Shown: piece by piece, positions 9,348 to 20,145 of the stretch | Numbering within the stretch: the first letter of the stretch is position 1 | Layout of the letters: the number at the start of each line of letters is the position of its first letter | Assembly: GCA_964614365.1 (NCBI GenBank) | Contig: CAZTLA010000002.1 | Span: 1-42,500, forward strand | DNA length: 42,500 nucleotides | DNA from: an uncultured Syntrophales bacterium | Lineage (GTDB): Bacteria; Desulfobacterota; Syntrophia; Syntrophales; JACQWR01 | Reading direction: 5' to 3' | Notes under the pieces: generated by a model | The model's database searches: none | The model's input: only the letters and a program-made list of their open reading frames with translations | What the model was told of the DNA's origin: nothing | Translations under genes and position numbers: made by a program

Positions 9348-11246
9348 ATGAACCCTCAATTAAGAAACCCTAAATTATACCTGATGCTCGTAAGTGATGC
9401 GCTGCTCTTTGCGCTTGCTCTCGGGGGGTCTTACCTCCTTCGGTTTGAGCTTGTCCTGGGGCATCCGGAGATCGTTCAGTTCGGCGCTGCGCTTATCTGG
9501 CTTGTGCCCATGAAGCTTGCCGTCTTTTTTTCCTTCGGTCTTTACCGGGGCATGTGGCGATATACGAGTGTGCGGGACTTCTGGCACCTGGCCCAGGCAT
9601 CGTTTTTCTCGATGTTTTTGGCTATGGCTGTTATCCTTTTTCTGTATCGATTCCAGGGATTTTCCCGCGCCGTATTCATGCTGGACGGGGTGCTTACGTT
9701 CCTCTTTACGGGAGCTTTGCGGATGGGTATCCGCTCCTATTTTTCTCTTAAAGACCAAAACAGAACGGACCATGCATTTATCGGTGCGGGGAAGAAGCGC
9801 AGACGAGTTTTGATTGTCGGTGCCGGCAACGCCGGCGAGAAGATCTTGCGGGAGATATTCGACAATTATCAACTCTGTTACGAGGTGGCGGGCTTTGTTG
9901 ATGACAACCCCCAGAAACAGGGACGATCGATGCATGGGGTTCCCGTCCTTGGACCTGTGCAGGCCCTGCCGCGTCTCACGGGGGATACGGGCGTCCAGGA
10001 GGTCCTTATCGCCATTCCCTCAGCCTCCGGCGACCAGATGCGCCGGATCGTTGACATCTGCAAGGAATGCAACGTTCCCTATAAGACGCTGCCCGGGATA
10101 GGCGAGATTATCAATGGCAGTGCGAGCGTAAAGATTCTGCGGGACGTGAGTTATCAGGACCTGCTGGGAAGGTCGCCGGTCCGGCTCGACGTTTTGGGGA
10201 TCAGGGAGTATATCGACGGCCGCACCGTTCTCATTACGGGTTGCGGCGGGTCCATCGGCTCCGAACTGTGCCGTCAGGTGGTGCGCTTTCAACCCCGCTC
10301 CATGGTTCTGCTGGATGCAAGCGAGGCCAATCTTTTCCAGATCCAGATGGAGCTGCAGCATGAGATGTACTACCTGAATCACCACGCCATCCTGGGACAG
10401 GTGCAGGACAGGACACTGATGCAGGACGTATTCAGAAAGTATCGCCCCCAGGTCGTGTTTCATGCTGCCGCGTATAAGCACGTCCCCATGCTGGAAAAAA
10501 ACCCCTGGGAGGCCGTTTCCAACAACATCGAGGGGAGCCGGGTCGCCATGGAGGTTGCCCTGGAAAACAAGGCGGAGCGCTTCGTTCTCGTTTCCACCGA
10601 CAAAGCGGTGCGTCCCACCAATGTCATGGGGGCGAGCAAGCGCATTACCGAGATCATGCTCCAGTCGTTCCAGGGCAATGGGACGCGGTTCATGGCGGTG
10701 CGCTTCGGCAATGTGATCGGTTCTTCGGGCTCCGTGATGCCGCTCTTTCGGCGGCAGATAGAACTGGGGGGTCCCGTGACGGTGACCCATCCCGATGTTA
10801 CCCGTTACTTTATGACCATTCCCGAAGCGGCCCAGCTGATCATCCAGGCCGGCGCCAGCAGGGGTGGGGATATATTCGTGCTTGAGATGGGGACGCCCGT
10901 CAGGATCGCCGATATGGCGAGGGATCTGATCCGGCTTTCGGGCAAGGAACCGGACAAGGATATCAGGATCGTGTTTATCGGTCTCAGGGAGGGAGAGAAA
11001 CTGCACGAGGAACTCATTACAAGCGGAGAAAGCATTGCCCAGACGGGACACGAAAAGATCATGGTGCTGAACTCTGAAGGTGCCGTCAACGGATTGAAAG
11101 ATCCGACGGCGCTGCGGGCTTGGCTGAAACCACGCCTGGAGCAGTTATCCGAAGCAGCGTTGCATCATGATGCGATAGCGGTGAAGATGAAAATGCGGGA
11201 CATCGCCCCTGAGTATATGCCTCAGGAGACGGAATATGTTCTCTAA
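9348..11246 (+). CDS. membrane-anchored polysaccharide biosynthesis protein CapD/PglF/WbpM type (UDP-sugar 4,6-dehydratase)
   Basis: 632 aa. Four N-terminal TM helices are followed by two Rossmann domains (VLIVGAGNAG; VLITGCGGSIGSEL; AAAYKHVP; STDKAV.P.N.MGASKR). Confidence 0.9.
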   Translation: MNPQLRNPKLYLMLVSDALLFALALGGSYLLRFELVLGHPEIVQFGAALIWLVPMKLAVFFSFGLYRGMWRYTSVRDFWHLAQASFFSMFLAMAVILFLYRFQGFSRAVFMLDGVLTFLFTGALRMGIRSYFSLKDQNRTDHAFIGAGKKRRRVLIVGAGNAGEKILREIFDNYQLCYEVAGFVDDNPQKQGRSMHGVPVLGPVQALPRLTGDTGVQEVLIAIPSASGDQMRRIVDICKECNVPYKTLPGIGEIINGSASVKILRDVSYQDLLGRSPVRLDVLGIREYIDGRTVLITGCGGSIGSELCRQVVRFQPRSMVLLDASEANLFQIQMELQHEMYYLNHHAILGQVQDRTLMQDVFRKYRPQVVFHAAAYKHVPMLEKNPWEAVSNNIEGSRVAMEVALENKAERFVLVSTDKAVRPTNVMGASKRITEIMLQSFQGNGTRFMAVRFGNVIGSSGSVMPLFRRQIELGGPVTVTHPDVTRYFMTIPEAAQLIIQAGASRGGDIFVLEMGTPVRIADMARDLIRLSGKEPDKDIRIVFIGLREGEKLHEELITSGESIAQTGHEKIMVLNSEGAVNGLKDPTALRAWLKPRLEQLSEAALHHDAIAVKMKMRDIAPEYMPQETEYVL

Positions 11247-11437
11247 CAGGCCAGATTCTTTGCCTCCTCAATCAGCATGACGGGGATGCCGTCTCGGATC
11301 TCGTAAAACAGTTTACACTGATCGCAGATCAATCCTTCTTCCTCCTGTCCAGCTTCTCCCCGGCCGAGTCTTAAGTTCCCTTTACACTTCGGACAAACCA
11401 AAATAGCCAGCAGTTCCTTACTTATCGTCAAGCACAT
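11243..11437 (-). CDS. Trm112-family small zinc-ribbon protein
   Basis: LLAILVCPKCKG.L........L.C..C...Y.I.DGIPVML..EA is the Trm112/UPF0434 signature. The start is set at internal Met 26 (11437), because the longer ORF would overlap the neighbouring gene. Confidence 0.75.
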   Translation of the reverse strand: MCLTISKELLAILVCPKCKGNLRLGRGEAGQEEEGLICDQCKLFYEIRDGIPVMLIEEAKNLAC

Positions 11438-11480
11438 CCCTCCTCGCGAAAATATCCGCACATCCTTATAATCTCCCGAA

Positions 11481-12071
11481 TCAGAAAAACAGCGAATAAC
11501 CGATAACGGCAAAATGACTATCGATGCCGCCGTTGGGGTTTTCTATGCCGGCATTCGACATATGGCGAAACCGGTATCCCAGGTTTACGGCGGAGTCCTT
11601 TGTCAGGAAGTAATAGAGGCCGACGCCTGCCGTATTGGAAAAGATGAATCCATTTGCCTGGTTCGCTGTTACTGCGGAAATGTAATGGGGGCCCACAGTT
11701 CCAAGAACGTATGCGGACACCTTCTCCGTCAGTGGGTACCGGTACTGAAGACCGATACCCACACCGATCTCGAAATCGGTTTGCGGATCGAAAACAGGGT
11801 TGAGCTGGGGTTCTATAATGAAGGAAAGGCTGCCCGCATGATCTTTTAGTTTGGGAATTTGTTTTTTCAAATCCATGCCAAAATGCCAGATCAGCAACAC
11901 CGGCTGGTAATGCCCTTCGGGGATGCTGCCGGTACCCATGCCGGCGATGAATGCCGATTCGCTGAAGGGCCTGTTGCCGGGGGCGTTGTCCGCTGTCGAA
12001 GCAGGACTACTGAAGAACAGGGTGAGGGCAATGAATAAGGCGGTCACGTACGAGAAATGACGTTGATTCAA
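11481..12071 (-). CDS. outer-membrane beta-barrel protein, lipid A deacylase (PagL)/acyloxyacyl-hydrolase-like
   Basis: Signal peptide (ALFIALTLFFSSPAST), alternating beta-strand pattern, C-terminal GYRFRHMSNAG...GYSLFF with a terminal Phe. The likely start is TTG at 12071, preceded by AAGGAGG. Confidence 0.55.
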   Translation of the reverse strand: MNQRHFSYVTALFIALTLFFSSPASTADNAPGNRPFSESAFIAGMGTGSIPEGHYQPVLLIWHFGMDLKKQIPKLKDHAGSLSFIIEPQLNPVFDPQTDFEIGVGIGLQYRYPLTEKVSAYVLGTVGPHYISAVTANQANGFIFSNTAGVGLYYFLTKDSAVNLGYRFRHMSNAGIENPNGGIDSHFAVIGYSLFF

Positions 12072-12190
12072 AGTGCCTCCTTTCCGGAACCGGTGAATTC
12101 GACGAACTCGTGTAATTTCCCATAAGCGCCGGGCCTTGCTTCCGGGACTAACTGCCACAAACGGGGACATTTGTCAAGAACATGGAATCA

Positions 12191-13231
12191 TCATGCCATC
12201 CCGCTTTCCCGGCCACTCAACTGGCCGCAGGCGGCGAGGATATCGCTGCCCTTGCTGGCGCGGAGTATGGCGGTGTAATGGTTCTTTATCAGTATGCCCT
12301 GGAAGGTTTTTATCGTTTCTGGGGACGGGGTCCTCAAGGGAGAGCCGGGGAATTCGTTTAAGGCGATCAGGTTTAATTTACAGCGTATTCCCTTGAGGAG
12401 GCGGGAGAGCTTTTCCGCCTGTTCCGGAGAGGCGTTGACGCCGTCGATCAGAATGTACTCGAAGGTAAGCATCCTGCGGCCCGGCATGGGGTAGTCTCGG
12501 CAGGCTGCAAGCAGCTCCTCCAGCGGGTATTTCCTGTTTATCGGCATGAGCCGGCTCCTCGTTTCATCATCCGGTGCGTTGAGCGATACGGCGAGGTTGA
12601 TGCAGATGTCCCGTCCCAGACGCCGGATCATGGGGGCGATGCCGCAGGTGGACAGCGTGATCTTCCGGTTGGAAAAACCGGGTCCCTCATCGGAGGTCAT
12701 GAGGCGAATCGCTTTTATCGTCTTGTCGTAGTTGGCCAGCGGCTCTCCCATGCCCATGAGGACGATGCTCCCGATGTTCCCTCCTTCCGGCGTGTGAAAC
12801 ATGAGCGAGACGAGCTGCCCCGTTATTTCCGAGGTTCGCAGATTTCTTTTCAGACCCCCCCGACCCGTGAGACAGAATGTGCACCCCATGCGGCAACCCG
12901 CCTGCGTGGAGATGCAGGCCGTCCGGTGATTTCTCCCGGGGATGAGGACGCTTTCAATAAAAATGCCGTCCTCCAGGCGGGAAAGCACCTTTTTGGTGCC
13001 GTCGGTCGAGGTCTGGGTTTTGACTTGTTCCGGAAGATCGATGCAGGCACGTTCGCCGATTTTCGTTCTGAAGTCCCGGGCCAGCGTGGTCATCTCATCG
13101 AAGGACGTGGCACCCGTCCGGTAGAGCCACTTCAAAATCTGTTTGGCCCGATACTTTTCCTTGCCCAGACTAAGGATGAATTCCTCGATCTCGGCAAGGG
13201 ACATGTCTCTTAAGTTGGGCTTGCCCATCAC
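12191..13231 (-). CDS. rlmN: 23S rRNA/tRNA (adenine-C2)-methyltransferase RlmN (radical SAM)
   Basis: N-terminal YRAKQI..W motif, CxxxCxxC (CRMGCTFC), GMGEPL, and the C-terminal GSDI.AACGQL motif typical of RlmN/Cfr. Confidence 0.9.
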   Translation of the reverse strand: MMGKPNLRDMSLAEIEEFILSLGKEKYRAKQILKWLYRTGATSFDEMTTLARDFRTKIGERACIDLPEQVKTQTSTDGTKKVLSRLEDGIFIESVLIPGRNHRTACISTQAGCRMGCTFCLTGRGGLKRNLRTSEITGQLVSLMFHTPEGGNIGSIVLMGMGEPLANYDKTIKAIRLMTSDEGPGFSNRKITLSTCGIAPMIRRLGRDICINLAVSLNAPDDETRSRLMPINRKYPLEELLAACRDYPMPGRRMLTFEYILIDGVNASPEQAEKLSRLLKGIRCKLNLIALNEFPGSPLRTPSPETIKTFQGILIKNHYTAILRASKGSDILAACGQLSGRESGMA

Positions 13232-14451
13232 CGTTTTGCTTGCAGCCGTAGCGCCACCGCGTCGATGAATGCTTCCGTCGTAACCCTCCGGTTATGGGGA
13301 TTCTCCTCTGCCACCGAGAGGAGATCGCCGGTCATGATGCCGGATTCCACGGTCTCAACGGCGGCCGCCTCCAGCCGGTTCGCAAAGGAAACCACATCGG
13401 GCGTGCCGTCGAGTTCGCCGCGCTTCCGCAGGCAGCCGGACCAGGCAAAGATCAGAGCCAGGGAATTCGTGGACGTCTCTTCCCCCTTCAGGTGCCGGTA
13501 GTAGTGCTTCTGCACCGTGCCGTGGGCGGCCTCGTACTCGAAGTAGCCCCGGGGCGAGACCAGAACGGAGGTCATCATGGCAAGGCTCCCGTTGGCCGAG
13601 GCGATCATATCGGACATCACGTCTCCGTCATAGTTCTTGAGGGCCCAGAGGATGCCTCCGGGCGTTTTCATGATGCGGGCGACGGCGTCGTCAATAAGCG
13701 TAAAGAAGTATTCAATCCCCGCTTTGCGAAATTTCTCCTTCCAGTTTTTTTCGTATTCCCGTGCAAAGATGTCGCGGAAACGGGTATCGTACGTTTTCGA
13801 AATGGTATCTTTCGTGCTGAACCACAGATCAATCTTCTCATCCATGGCAAAGGCAAAGCACGCCCGCGCGAAACTTTCTATGGAGGCATCGGTGTTATGG
13901 ATGCCCTGGATGACCCCCGGTTCCGTAAATTCCTTTATGGTCCGGCGGAGGGGCGGGCCGCCGTCGGCGGGGGTGAAGAGAAGCTCCGCCTTTCCTGCGG
14001 CAGGTATGCGCATCTCCGCGTTGCTGTAAACATCGCCGTAGGCGTGTCTGCCGATGATGATGGGTTTCTTCCAGGTGGAGACGGAAGGCTTTATGTTCTT
14101 TGCCAGGATGGGCTTCCGGAATACCGTGCCGTCCAGTATTCCCCGGATCGTTCCGTTCGGGCTCTTCCACTGCTTTTTCAGATCGTATTCCCGCACACGG
14201 TCCTCGTTCGGCGTGATGGTGGCGCACTTGACCCCCACGCCGTACTTCATAACGGCCGTTGCCGCTTCAACGGTGACCTGGTCATCGGTTTCGTCGCGGT
14301 GTTTGACGTGCAAGTCGTAGTAGGCGAGTTCCATATCCAAATAGGGGAGCAAGATCGTCTCTTTCACCATCTGCCACATGACCCTGGTCATCTCGTCCCC
14401 GTCCATTTCCACGATGGGCGTTTTAACGTTGATTTTAGCTTTTCCCGACAT
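13228..14451 (-). CDS. icd: NADP-dependent isocitrate dehydrogenase (eukaryote-like ~405-aa type)
   Basis: [30 protein letters not shown]-like, IIGRHA.GD and NYDGDV.SD motifs are present. The start is set at Met 15 (14451). A 4-nt overlap with the rlmN start (13228-13231) indicates an operon. Confidence 0.9.
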   Translation of the reverse strand: MSGKAKINVKTPIVEMDGDEMTRVMWQMVKETILLPYLDMELAYYDLHVKHRDETDDQVTVEAATAVMKYGVGVKCATITPNEDRVREYDLKKQWKSPNGTIRGILDGTVFRKPILAKNIKPSVSTWKKPIIIGRHAYGDVYSNAEMRIPAAGKAELLFTPADGGPPLRRTIKEFTEPGVIQGIHNTDASIESFARACFAFAMDEKIDLWFSTKDTISKTYDTRFRDIFAREYEKNWKEKFRKAGIEYFFTLIDDAVARIMKTPGGILWALKNYDGDVMSDMIASANGSLAMMTSVLVSPRGYFEYEAAHGTVQKHYYRHLKGEETSTNSLALIFAWSGCLRKRGELDGTPDVVSFANRLEAAAVETVESGIMTGDLLSVAEENPHNRRVTTEAFIDAVALRLQAKR

Positions 14452-14532
14452 GTGTGTCTGTACAGTTCCCCTTTCGCTGCATCCCGTTTCCATCCACGAA
14501 ACGACGGCAGAAATATACTTCCAGGCGGGCCG

Positions 14533-15492
14533 TCAAGTGTCTCCGTCGAGGCCTTTCAGGCGAACCGCCTTGACGAAATGTCTGTCGTAGTAAGGTGCTT
14601 TGAGGCTGTCGATCCTTACCCCCTTATTCCGGGATGAAGCGTGGACAAATTCGTTATTTCCGATGTAGATTCCCACGTGTCCCAGCCATTTCCGTGTGTT
14701 GAAAAAAACAAGATCGCCCGCTTCCAGTTCTTCCCGCAGTACGCTTATGCCGATCCGGGCTTGTTCATGGGCAGTTCTGGGGAGGGTGATGCCGAAAAAA
14801 TCATAGATTTTTCTTACAAAGGCGGAACAGTCGAGTCCCTTCACGGAGGAGCCGCCCAGGCGATAGGGCGCACCGAGAAATCCCGTAGCTACTCTGATGA
14901 ACAATTGCCGTTCCTCGGTGTTTTTCCATGTTCCCAGAAGTTCCGCATTCCCGGAATCTTCTGGATCGTTTGCTGCCGTCACGTCTGCCGCGGCGTTTCC
15001 CACTTCGTTTTCCTCCCCGCGGTCCCCATCCGCAATCCGGTGACCGGCATCCTTCTTCCGCAAGATTTGTTCCGTGCTCCGCCCGGATAGGATGAGGACC
15101 GTCCCCGGTTTCAGAGATCGGGTGCGGAGGTGGTTGAGAGACATGATTTCGCCGGCGGGGACGCCCGTTTTATTTGCAATATGGGAGACGGTGTCGCCCT
15201 TCTTTATTACATATTGGGCTGAAGCGTTACGGGAGGGTGATTTGCGTACAAGCGTTCTTCCCGTTTCGCCCGTTAGGGGAACGACAAGTACCTGGCTTGG
15301 TTTGAGGGCGTTTCCCCTCAGGTTGTTGGCTTTTCTGAGGGCCTGGGCGCTTACGCCGAGTTGTTTCGCAATCCCGGAAAGCGTGTCGCCGCGTGCCACG
15401 GTGTAATTCTCACTTGCAAATCCTTCCGGGATGACGAACAACAGGAACAGGACAATGAGTCCCATCCATGGGAAAATCCGCCGTTGCATCAT
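14533..15492 (-). CDS. secreted peptidoglycan hydrolase with two LysM domains and a C-terminal NlpC/P60 domain
   Basis: Two LysM repeats (YTVARGDTLSGIA..., YVIKKGDTVSHIA...). NlpC/P60 catalytic pattern (GLDCSAFV...HVGIY...FVHAS). The start at ATGATG 15492 is preceded by AGGAGG. A signal peptide is present. Confidence 0.85.
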   Translation of the reverse strand: MMQRRIFPWMGLIVLFLLFVIPEGFASENYTVARGDTLSGIAKQLGVSAQALRKANNLRGNALKPSQVLVVPLTGETGRTLVRKSPSRNASAQYVIKKGDTVSHIANKTGVPAGEIMSLNHLRTRSLKPGTVLILSGRSTEQILRKKDAGHRIADGDRGEENEVGNAAADVTAANDPEDSGNAELLGTWKNTEERQLFIRVATGFLGAPYRLGGSSVKGLDCSAFVRKIYDFFGITLPRTAHEQARIGISVLREELEAGDLVFFNTRKWLGHVGIYIGNNEFVHASSRNKGVRIDSLKAPYYDRHFVKAVRLKGLDGDT

Positions 15493-15734
15493 GAAGTCCC
15501 TCCTCTTTAGTATTCGGGGTTTCCCCACTTCTGTAACGGTGCACAGATTTGGCGATGGATGACAAGCTGTACACGAAGCTGAGATCTCCCTTTACAAGAA
15601 TTATCCCTATGTGTCAAACACATTTTTATGGTATGTCCGGCCTGCAAGGAAGTGCGGATTGGCATCTTTTCAAAGGCACGGAAATGGAGTAAAGGGTGCA
15701 GCAGAAATAAGAAAAAGAGGGGGCAGGCATCGTC

Positions 15735-16499
15735 ATGTGGCTAAAGCGGTTTATCATGGTGATTGTTGCCGGCATTGTTTCATTCACGTTTTTCGACATC
15801 GGCTTCTCTTCATTTTATCCCGACGTTGCCGGACTGAAAAAGGGGCATCCCCGGAAAACGGCTTTCATGAAATACCGGGAGAAGGAGTGGCAGAGGCACG
15901 GGAAAAAGGGAAAAATACAACAGCAGTGGGTGCGACTGTCACAGGTATCTCCCTTCGTAATCAAGGCGGTGATCATTGCCGAAGACGACAAGTTCTGGTC
16001 TCACGGGGGATTCGATTTCGAGGCCATCCAGAAGGCCCTTGAGGAGGATATCAGGAAGAAGAAATTCCGCGTGGGGGGCAGCACCATCAGCCAGCAACTC
16101 GCGAAGAACCTGTATCTCTCGCCTTCCAAGAATCCCGTGCGGAAGATCAAGGAAGCGGTTCTCACCTGGCGGATCGAGAGAAATATCTCCAAAAAAAGGA
16201 TTATCGAACTCTATCTGAATGTGGCTGAGTGGGGGGAAGGTCTGTTCGGCATTGAGGCCGCCGCACGCCACTATTATGGGAAACCGGCTTTGGCCCTCAC
16301 GGCCGAGGAGGCGGCGAGGCTTGCCGCCGTGCTTCCCAATCCGCGAAAATACAGCCCCACCGGGGAAGGAAAATACGTGGAACGCCGTTCCGAGACCATC
16401 TACCATATTATGGTTAAGCGGGGCATTGTGATACCGGAATACGAGGCACTGATGAAAGAACCGGAAGATGCTGCCACGGAGGCAAGGGCGCGCCCGTGA
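15735..16499 (+). CDS. mtgA: monofunctional biosynthetic peptidoglycan transglycosylase
   Basis: GT51 motifs EDDKFWSHGGFD, GGSTISQQLAKN and RKIKE; a single N-terminal TM helix; about 250 aa with no transpeptidase domain. Confidence 0.9.
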   Translation: MWLKRFIMVIVAGIVSFTFFDIGFSSFYPDVAGLKKGHPRKTAFMKYREKEWQRHGKKGKIQQQWVRLSQVSPFVIKAVIIAEDDKFWSHGGFDFEAIQKALEEDIRKKKFRVGGSTISQQLAKNLYLSPSKNPVRKIKEAVLTWRIERNISKKRIIELYLNVAEWGEGLFGIEAAARHYYGKPALALTAEEAARLAAVLPNPRKYSPTGEGKYVERRSETIYHIMVKRGIVIPEYEALMKEPEDAATEARARP

Positions 16500-16521
16500 A
16501 CGGATGGAACATCGACAGGCA

Positions 16522-16549
16522 GCAGGGTGACTTGAACGAGTTGAAATGA
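16522..16549 (+). repeat. left copy of a 28-nt imperfect direct repeat bracketing the Ehr-like operon
   Basis: GCAGGGTGACTTGAACGAGTTGAAATGA here versus GCAGGGCGCCTTGAACGAGTTGAAGTCA at 23941-23968. They share an identical 15-mer, CTTGAACGAGTTGAA, and match at 24/28 positions overall. Confidence 0.8.
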
Positions 16550-16595
16550 ACGGGACTGATTACCTCTGTTTACCGCGTCACCAATTTGATTATTC

Positions 16596-17159
16596 ATGAA
16601 TATTGGTGTAAAGCAACATTCCTCAACTATGCACTATAAGATTTTTTCGACGAAAAGAACATTAATAGAACCCCGCCCGTTGCCGGAGAATGCAATATCG
16701 GTATCAGTCGGCCAGGACATCACCGCGCAGGTAAACAAACTGTTCTGTGGCTCTCTGGCAATCAGGGTGGTCACTGCAGGTTCAACCAATGCCTGCGAAC
16801 AGGAGTTGGTGGCGCTGGGGAATTCCTTCTACGATGTGGAACGGTTCGGCGTACACGTCGTCGCTTCCCCCCGACATGCCGATATGCTGATGGTGACGGG
16901 TCCCGTGACTCGCAACATGCGGGAAGCCCTTGCCAGAACATACGATGCCATGCCGGAGCCGAAAATAGTCGTCGCCGTGGGCGATGACGCCATCGATGGG
17001 GGAATTTTCAAGGGTTCGTACGCAGTGCTTGACGGCGCTCATGCCGTTGTGCCTGTTCACTACGAAATTTCCGGCGATCCTCCCTCTGCCGAGAAGATAC
17101 TCTGTTCGCTGCTCGAGATATTGAACGACCTGGACGACGGAGAAAGACGGTATGCTTGA
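16596..17159 (+). CDS. NuoB / hydrogenase small-subunit (HycG/EchC)-like protein lacking three of the four [4Fe-4S] cysteine ligands
   Basis: The NuoB-family core SPRHADMLMVTGPVT....A....YD.MPEPK.VVAVG is conserved. However, GSTNACEQE replaces G(C)CxxCE, AVGDDAIDGG replaces GACAxxGG, and ISGDPP replaces PGCPP. Confidence 0.8.
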   Translation: MNIGVKQHSSTMHYKIFSTKRTLIEPRPLPENAISVSVGQDITAQVNKLFCGSLAIRVVTAGSTNACEQELVALGNSFYDVERFGVHVVASPRHADMLMVTGPVTRNMREALARTYDAMPEPKIVVAVGDDAIDGGIFKGSYAVLDGAHAVVPVHYEISGDPPSAEKILCSLLEILNDLDDGERRYA

Positions 17160-19202
17160 GGGGTTCCTTTCGCCAGCCGGTTTTTTTGTTGTCATCCTGG
17201 CGTTCGCCATGGGGGCGGTCGGCGCTTTGCTTTTCGGCAAAAACGACCGCCTGGCCAATGCGTGGGGGAATGGCTTTGCCGTTTTCGGGTCGGTTTTGTG
17301 TCTGGTTTTTTCCAGCGCCATTTTGTCCACAGGGCTAACCCTGGCTTTCCGCATTTCTTCGTCGTTTCCCCTGCTTTCCCTTTCCTTCCGCATTGACCCG
17401 TTAGCGGCGTTCTTCATGCTGTTGATCTCGTTGATCTCGCTTTTCTGTTCCCTCTTTGCCCTGGGGTACGTGAAGCATTATTACACACAATACAGTGTCG
17501 GCGTCCTGGGTTTTTTTACAACCTCTTCATTATCAGCATGATTGCCGTCACCACGGCCAACCACACCCTGCTTTTCCTTATTGCCTGGGAAATAATGTCC
17601 CTGACGTCGTATTTTTTGGTGATTTTTGAACGCCAGGAAGAAAAGAACATCAGGGCCGGCACGCTCTATTTCATTATGACACATATGGGGACCGCCTTTA
17701 TTATTCTTTCATTCCTGCTCTTGTACCAGGCAACCGGTTCATTCGATTTCGAGACAATCAGAAGCGGCCTCGGTGCTCTTTCACCGCTTCTTAAAAACGC
17801 CATATTCATTTGTACGCTTATCGGTTTCGGCGCCAAGGCCGGCATCATTCCTTTCCACATCTGGCTTCCCCGTGCCCATCCGGCGGCGCCATCCCACGTT
17901 TCTGCGCTCATGTCCGGCGTCATGATCAAAACCGGCATATACATGCTTGTACGGATATACGGGGATATGTTGCCCGGCATACCCATTTGGTGGGGGCTGC
18001 TGCTGTTGGGCATCGGTTCGGTTTCCTCGCTGCTGGGTGTCTTGTACGCCCTCTCCGAGCATGACCTCAAAAGACTGCTTGCCTACCACAGTATCGAAAA
18101 TATCGGGATTATCTTTCTGGGTCTTGGCAGTTCGCTTACGTTCTTGGCGGCAGGCATGAAAGGTCCGGCGATGTTCGGTCTCGTGGCGGCCCTTTACCAT
18201 ACGCTCAATCACGCCACCTTCAAGGCGCTGCTATTTCTGGGAGCCGGTTCGGTGATTGCCGAGACCCATACCCGCAACATCGAGAAGTACGGAGGCCTTA
18301 TCAAAGTTATGCCCCAAACGGCGTTACTGTTTCTGATCGGCTCCATGGCCATCTCCGCCCTGCCGCCGCTCAACGGTTTCTTCAGCGAGTGGATGACCTT
18401 TCAATCCATGTTCCTGGGCGTAACGGCCTTTGCCCAGACGACGAAAATGGTTTTCTTTCTCTCCATAGGGGCGCTTGCCTTCACCGGAGGATTGGCGGCT
18501 GCCTGTTTCGTAAAGGCCTTCGGCGTTGCTTTTCTGGCCAGACCGCGCGGCCGGGAAGCGCAGCATGCGAAAGAGCCGGCCTTGCCGTTGAGACTGGGAA
18601 TGGCCGGCCTCGCCATACTCACCCTGGTTCTGGGTTTTTTTGCCGGCGCCGTTTCCCGCGCATCTGCGGAGCTTGTCACACACTTGGCGAATTTTCAGCA
18701 CGGGGAGGTGTCTTATCCCGTGGCCGGATCATTTGGATTCATGAGCGTCAGCACCGGACTTGCCTCAATTTCCATGCCGGCGATAGGAACGGTTATGGCG
18801 ATATTCACCACTGCACTTATCGCAGCAGTTGCCGCGCTTACCCGAAAACGGAAGATTAAAACCGGGGCAACCTGGGATTGCGGCGCCAACCTGACCCCGC
18901 GCATGGAAATTACGGCGACCGGTTTTTCCCGGTCCATTATCACTATTTTCAAGGGAGTATTGAAACCGACCAGGCAAACGGAAATTGAGTATCACGATGC
19001 CCGGCTGAGGTATTTTCCCAAAAGTGGTACGGTAACGATGGAATTACAAGACGTCTATGCGTCGTATTTCTACCGGCCGCTACAGAGATTAACGATCCGG
19101 CTTGCCGACCAGATCAAGAAAATTCAGGGCGGCAACATCAACGTTTACATCCTGTACATTTTTATAACCTTGACGGGGTTACTGCTGATGTTGGTGATTT
19201 GA
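17152..19202 (+). pseudogene. NuoL/HyfB/MnhA-like antiporter-type membrane subunit, split by a -1 frame change at a T7 run (17511-17517)
   Basis: ORFs 17152-17541 (frame 1) and 17538-19202 (frame 3) together give about 680 aa of an HyfB/NuoL-like protein (AWEIMSL.SYFLV, H.W LP.AH.AAPS.VSALMSG). Reading GGT TTT TTT then shifting -1 gives G F F Y N L F I I S M, a seamless join. This may be a sequencing error, a programmed frameshift or decay. Confidence 0.7.
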
Positions 19203-19212
19203 ACATACCCAT

Positions 19213-20142
19213 ATGAAGATATTTCTCCTGTGGACAATTCAACTGCTGCTGGTGCCGGTGCTTTCACCGTTTTGTATCGGTATCACCAGAAAAATCAAAG
19301 CCCTCTTGCAGAATCGGAGGGGCGCTTCTCCATTCCAGCCCTATAAAGACTTATGGAAGCTGTTCCAGAAAGACGAAGTAATCAGCCGCGATGCTTCCTG
19401 GGTATTTCGTTTTGCGCCGTACCTGATTTTTGCATCCACCCTCATCATCGGCATCAGCATCCCGCTGGTTTCGACGGCGCTGAAGAATGAGCTTACGGGT
19501 GATTTGCTGGTCGTCGTTTACCTGGTCGCTCTGGGTACGTTCTTTCTGGCCCTTGCCGGCATTGATACCGGCGGCGGATTCGGAGGGTTCGGTTCAAGCC
19601 GGGAAATGATGGTCGCCACATTGACCGAAGGGGGGCTGATTCTGTCATTGTTCACCCTGGCCCTGATCGGCCGTACGACCAATCTTTTCTCCATTTCGCA
19701 CGCCATCGCCTCTCTTTCCTTTTATGATTTGCCGCCGGTCATGCTTGCGTTCGTCGGTTTTTTCATCGCTTTGCTTGCCGAAACATGCCGATATCCCTTC
19801 GACAATCCCGCTACCCACCTGGAACTGACCATGATCCATGAGGCCATGATACTTGAATATTCAAGCAAAAGACTGGCGCTTGTCGAATGGGCATCCGCGA
19901 ACAAATTGATGATCTTCATTTCTCTTGGAACGAATCTCTTCCTCCCGTGGGGGGTCGCGCCTTCCCTTGCCATAACGGCGATCATCGTATCCCTGATACT
20001 GTGGATACTGAAGAGTTTGTTGTTTTGCACGGCCATAGCGCTCATCGAATCGAGCATGGCAAAATTCAGAATTTTCCGTTTGCCGGATTTATTATTTACG
20101 TCAGTGATTATCAGCATCATTGCGATAGGGTTGATTATATAA
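19213..20142 (+). CDS. NuoH/HycD/HyfC-like membrane subunit
   Basis: 309 aa. The N-terminal G..RK.KA..Q.R.G.SPFQPYKDL.KL..K and polytopic profile are typical of formate-hydrogenlyase subunit 4 / NuoH. Confidence 0.8.
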   Translation: MKIFLLWTIQLLLVPVLSPFCIGITRKIKALLQNRRGASPFQPYKDLWKLFQKDEVISRDASWVFRFAPYLIFASTLIIGISIPLVSTALKNELTGDLLVVVYLVALGTFFLALAGIDTGGGFGGFGSSREMMVATLTEGGLILSLFTLALIGRTTNLFSISHAIASLSFYDLPPVMLAFVGFFIALLAETCRYPFDNPATHLELTMIHEAMILEYSSKRLALVEWASANKLMIFISLGTNLFLPWGVAPSLAITAIIVSLILWILKSLLFCTAIALIESSMAKFRIFRLPDLLFTSVIISIIAIGLII

Positions 20143-20145
20143 ATT

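Noticed and set aside
10020-11051. 343-aa minus-strand ORF inside the CapD/PglF gene.
   Set aside because: It is antisense to a gene with clear family motifs. Its Arg/Gly/Pro/His-rich sequence is typical of shadow ORFs in high-GC DNA, and it has no recognisable domain.
13294-14637. 447-aa plus-strand ORF overlapping icd and the start of the LysM/NlpC gene.
   Set aside because: It is antisense to an unmistakable isocitrate dehydrogenase, has a low-complexity Gly/Arg/Val-rich translation, and spans a gene boundary.
15611-16042. 143-aa ORF upstream of and overlapping mtgA.
   Set aside because: It is out of frame with the well-supported mtgA CDS, has an Arg/Gly-rich composition, and has no RBS.
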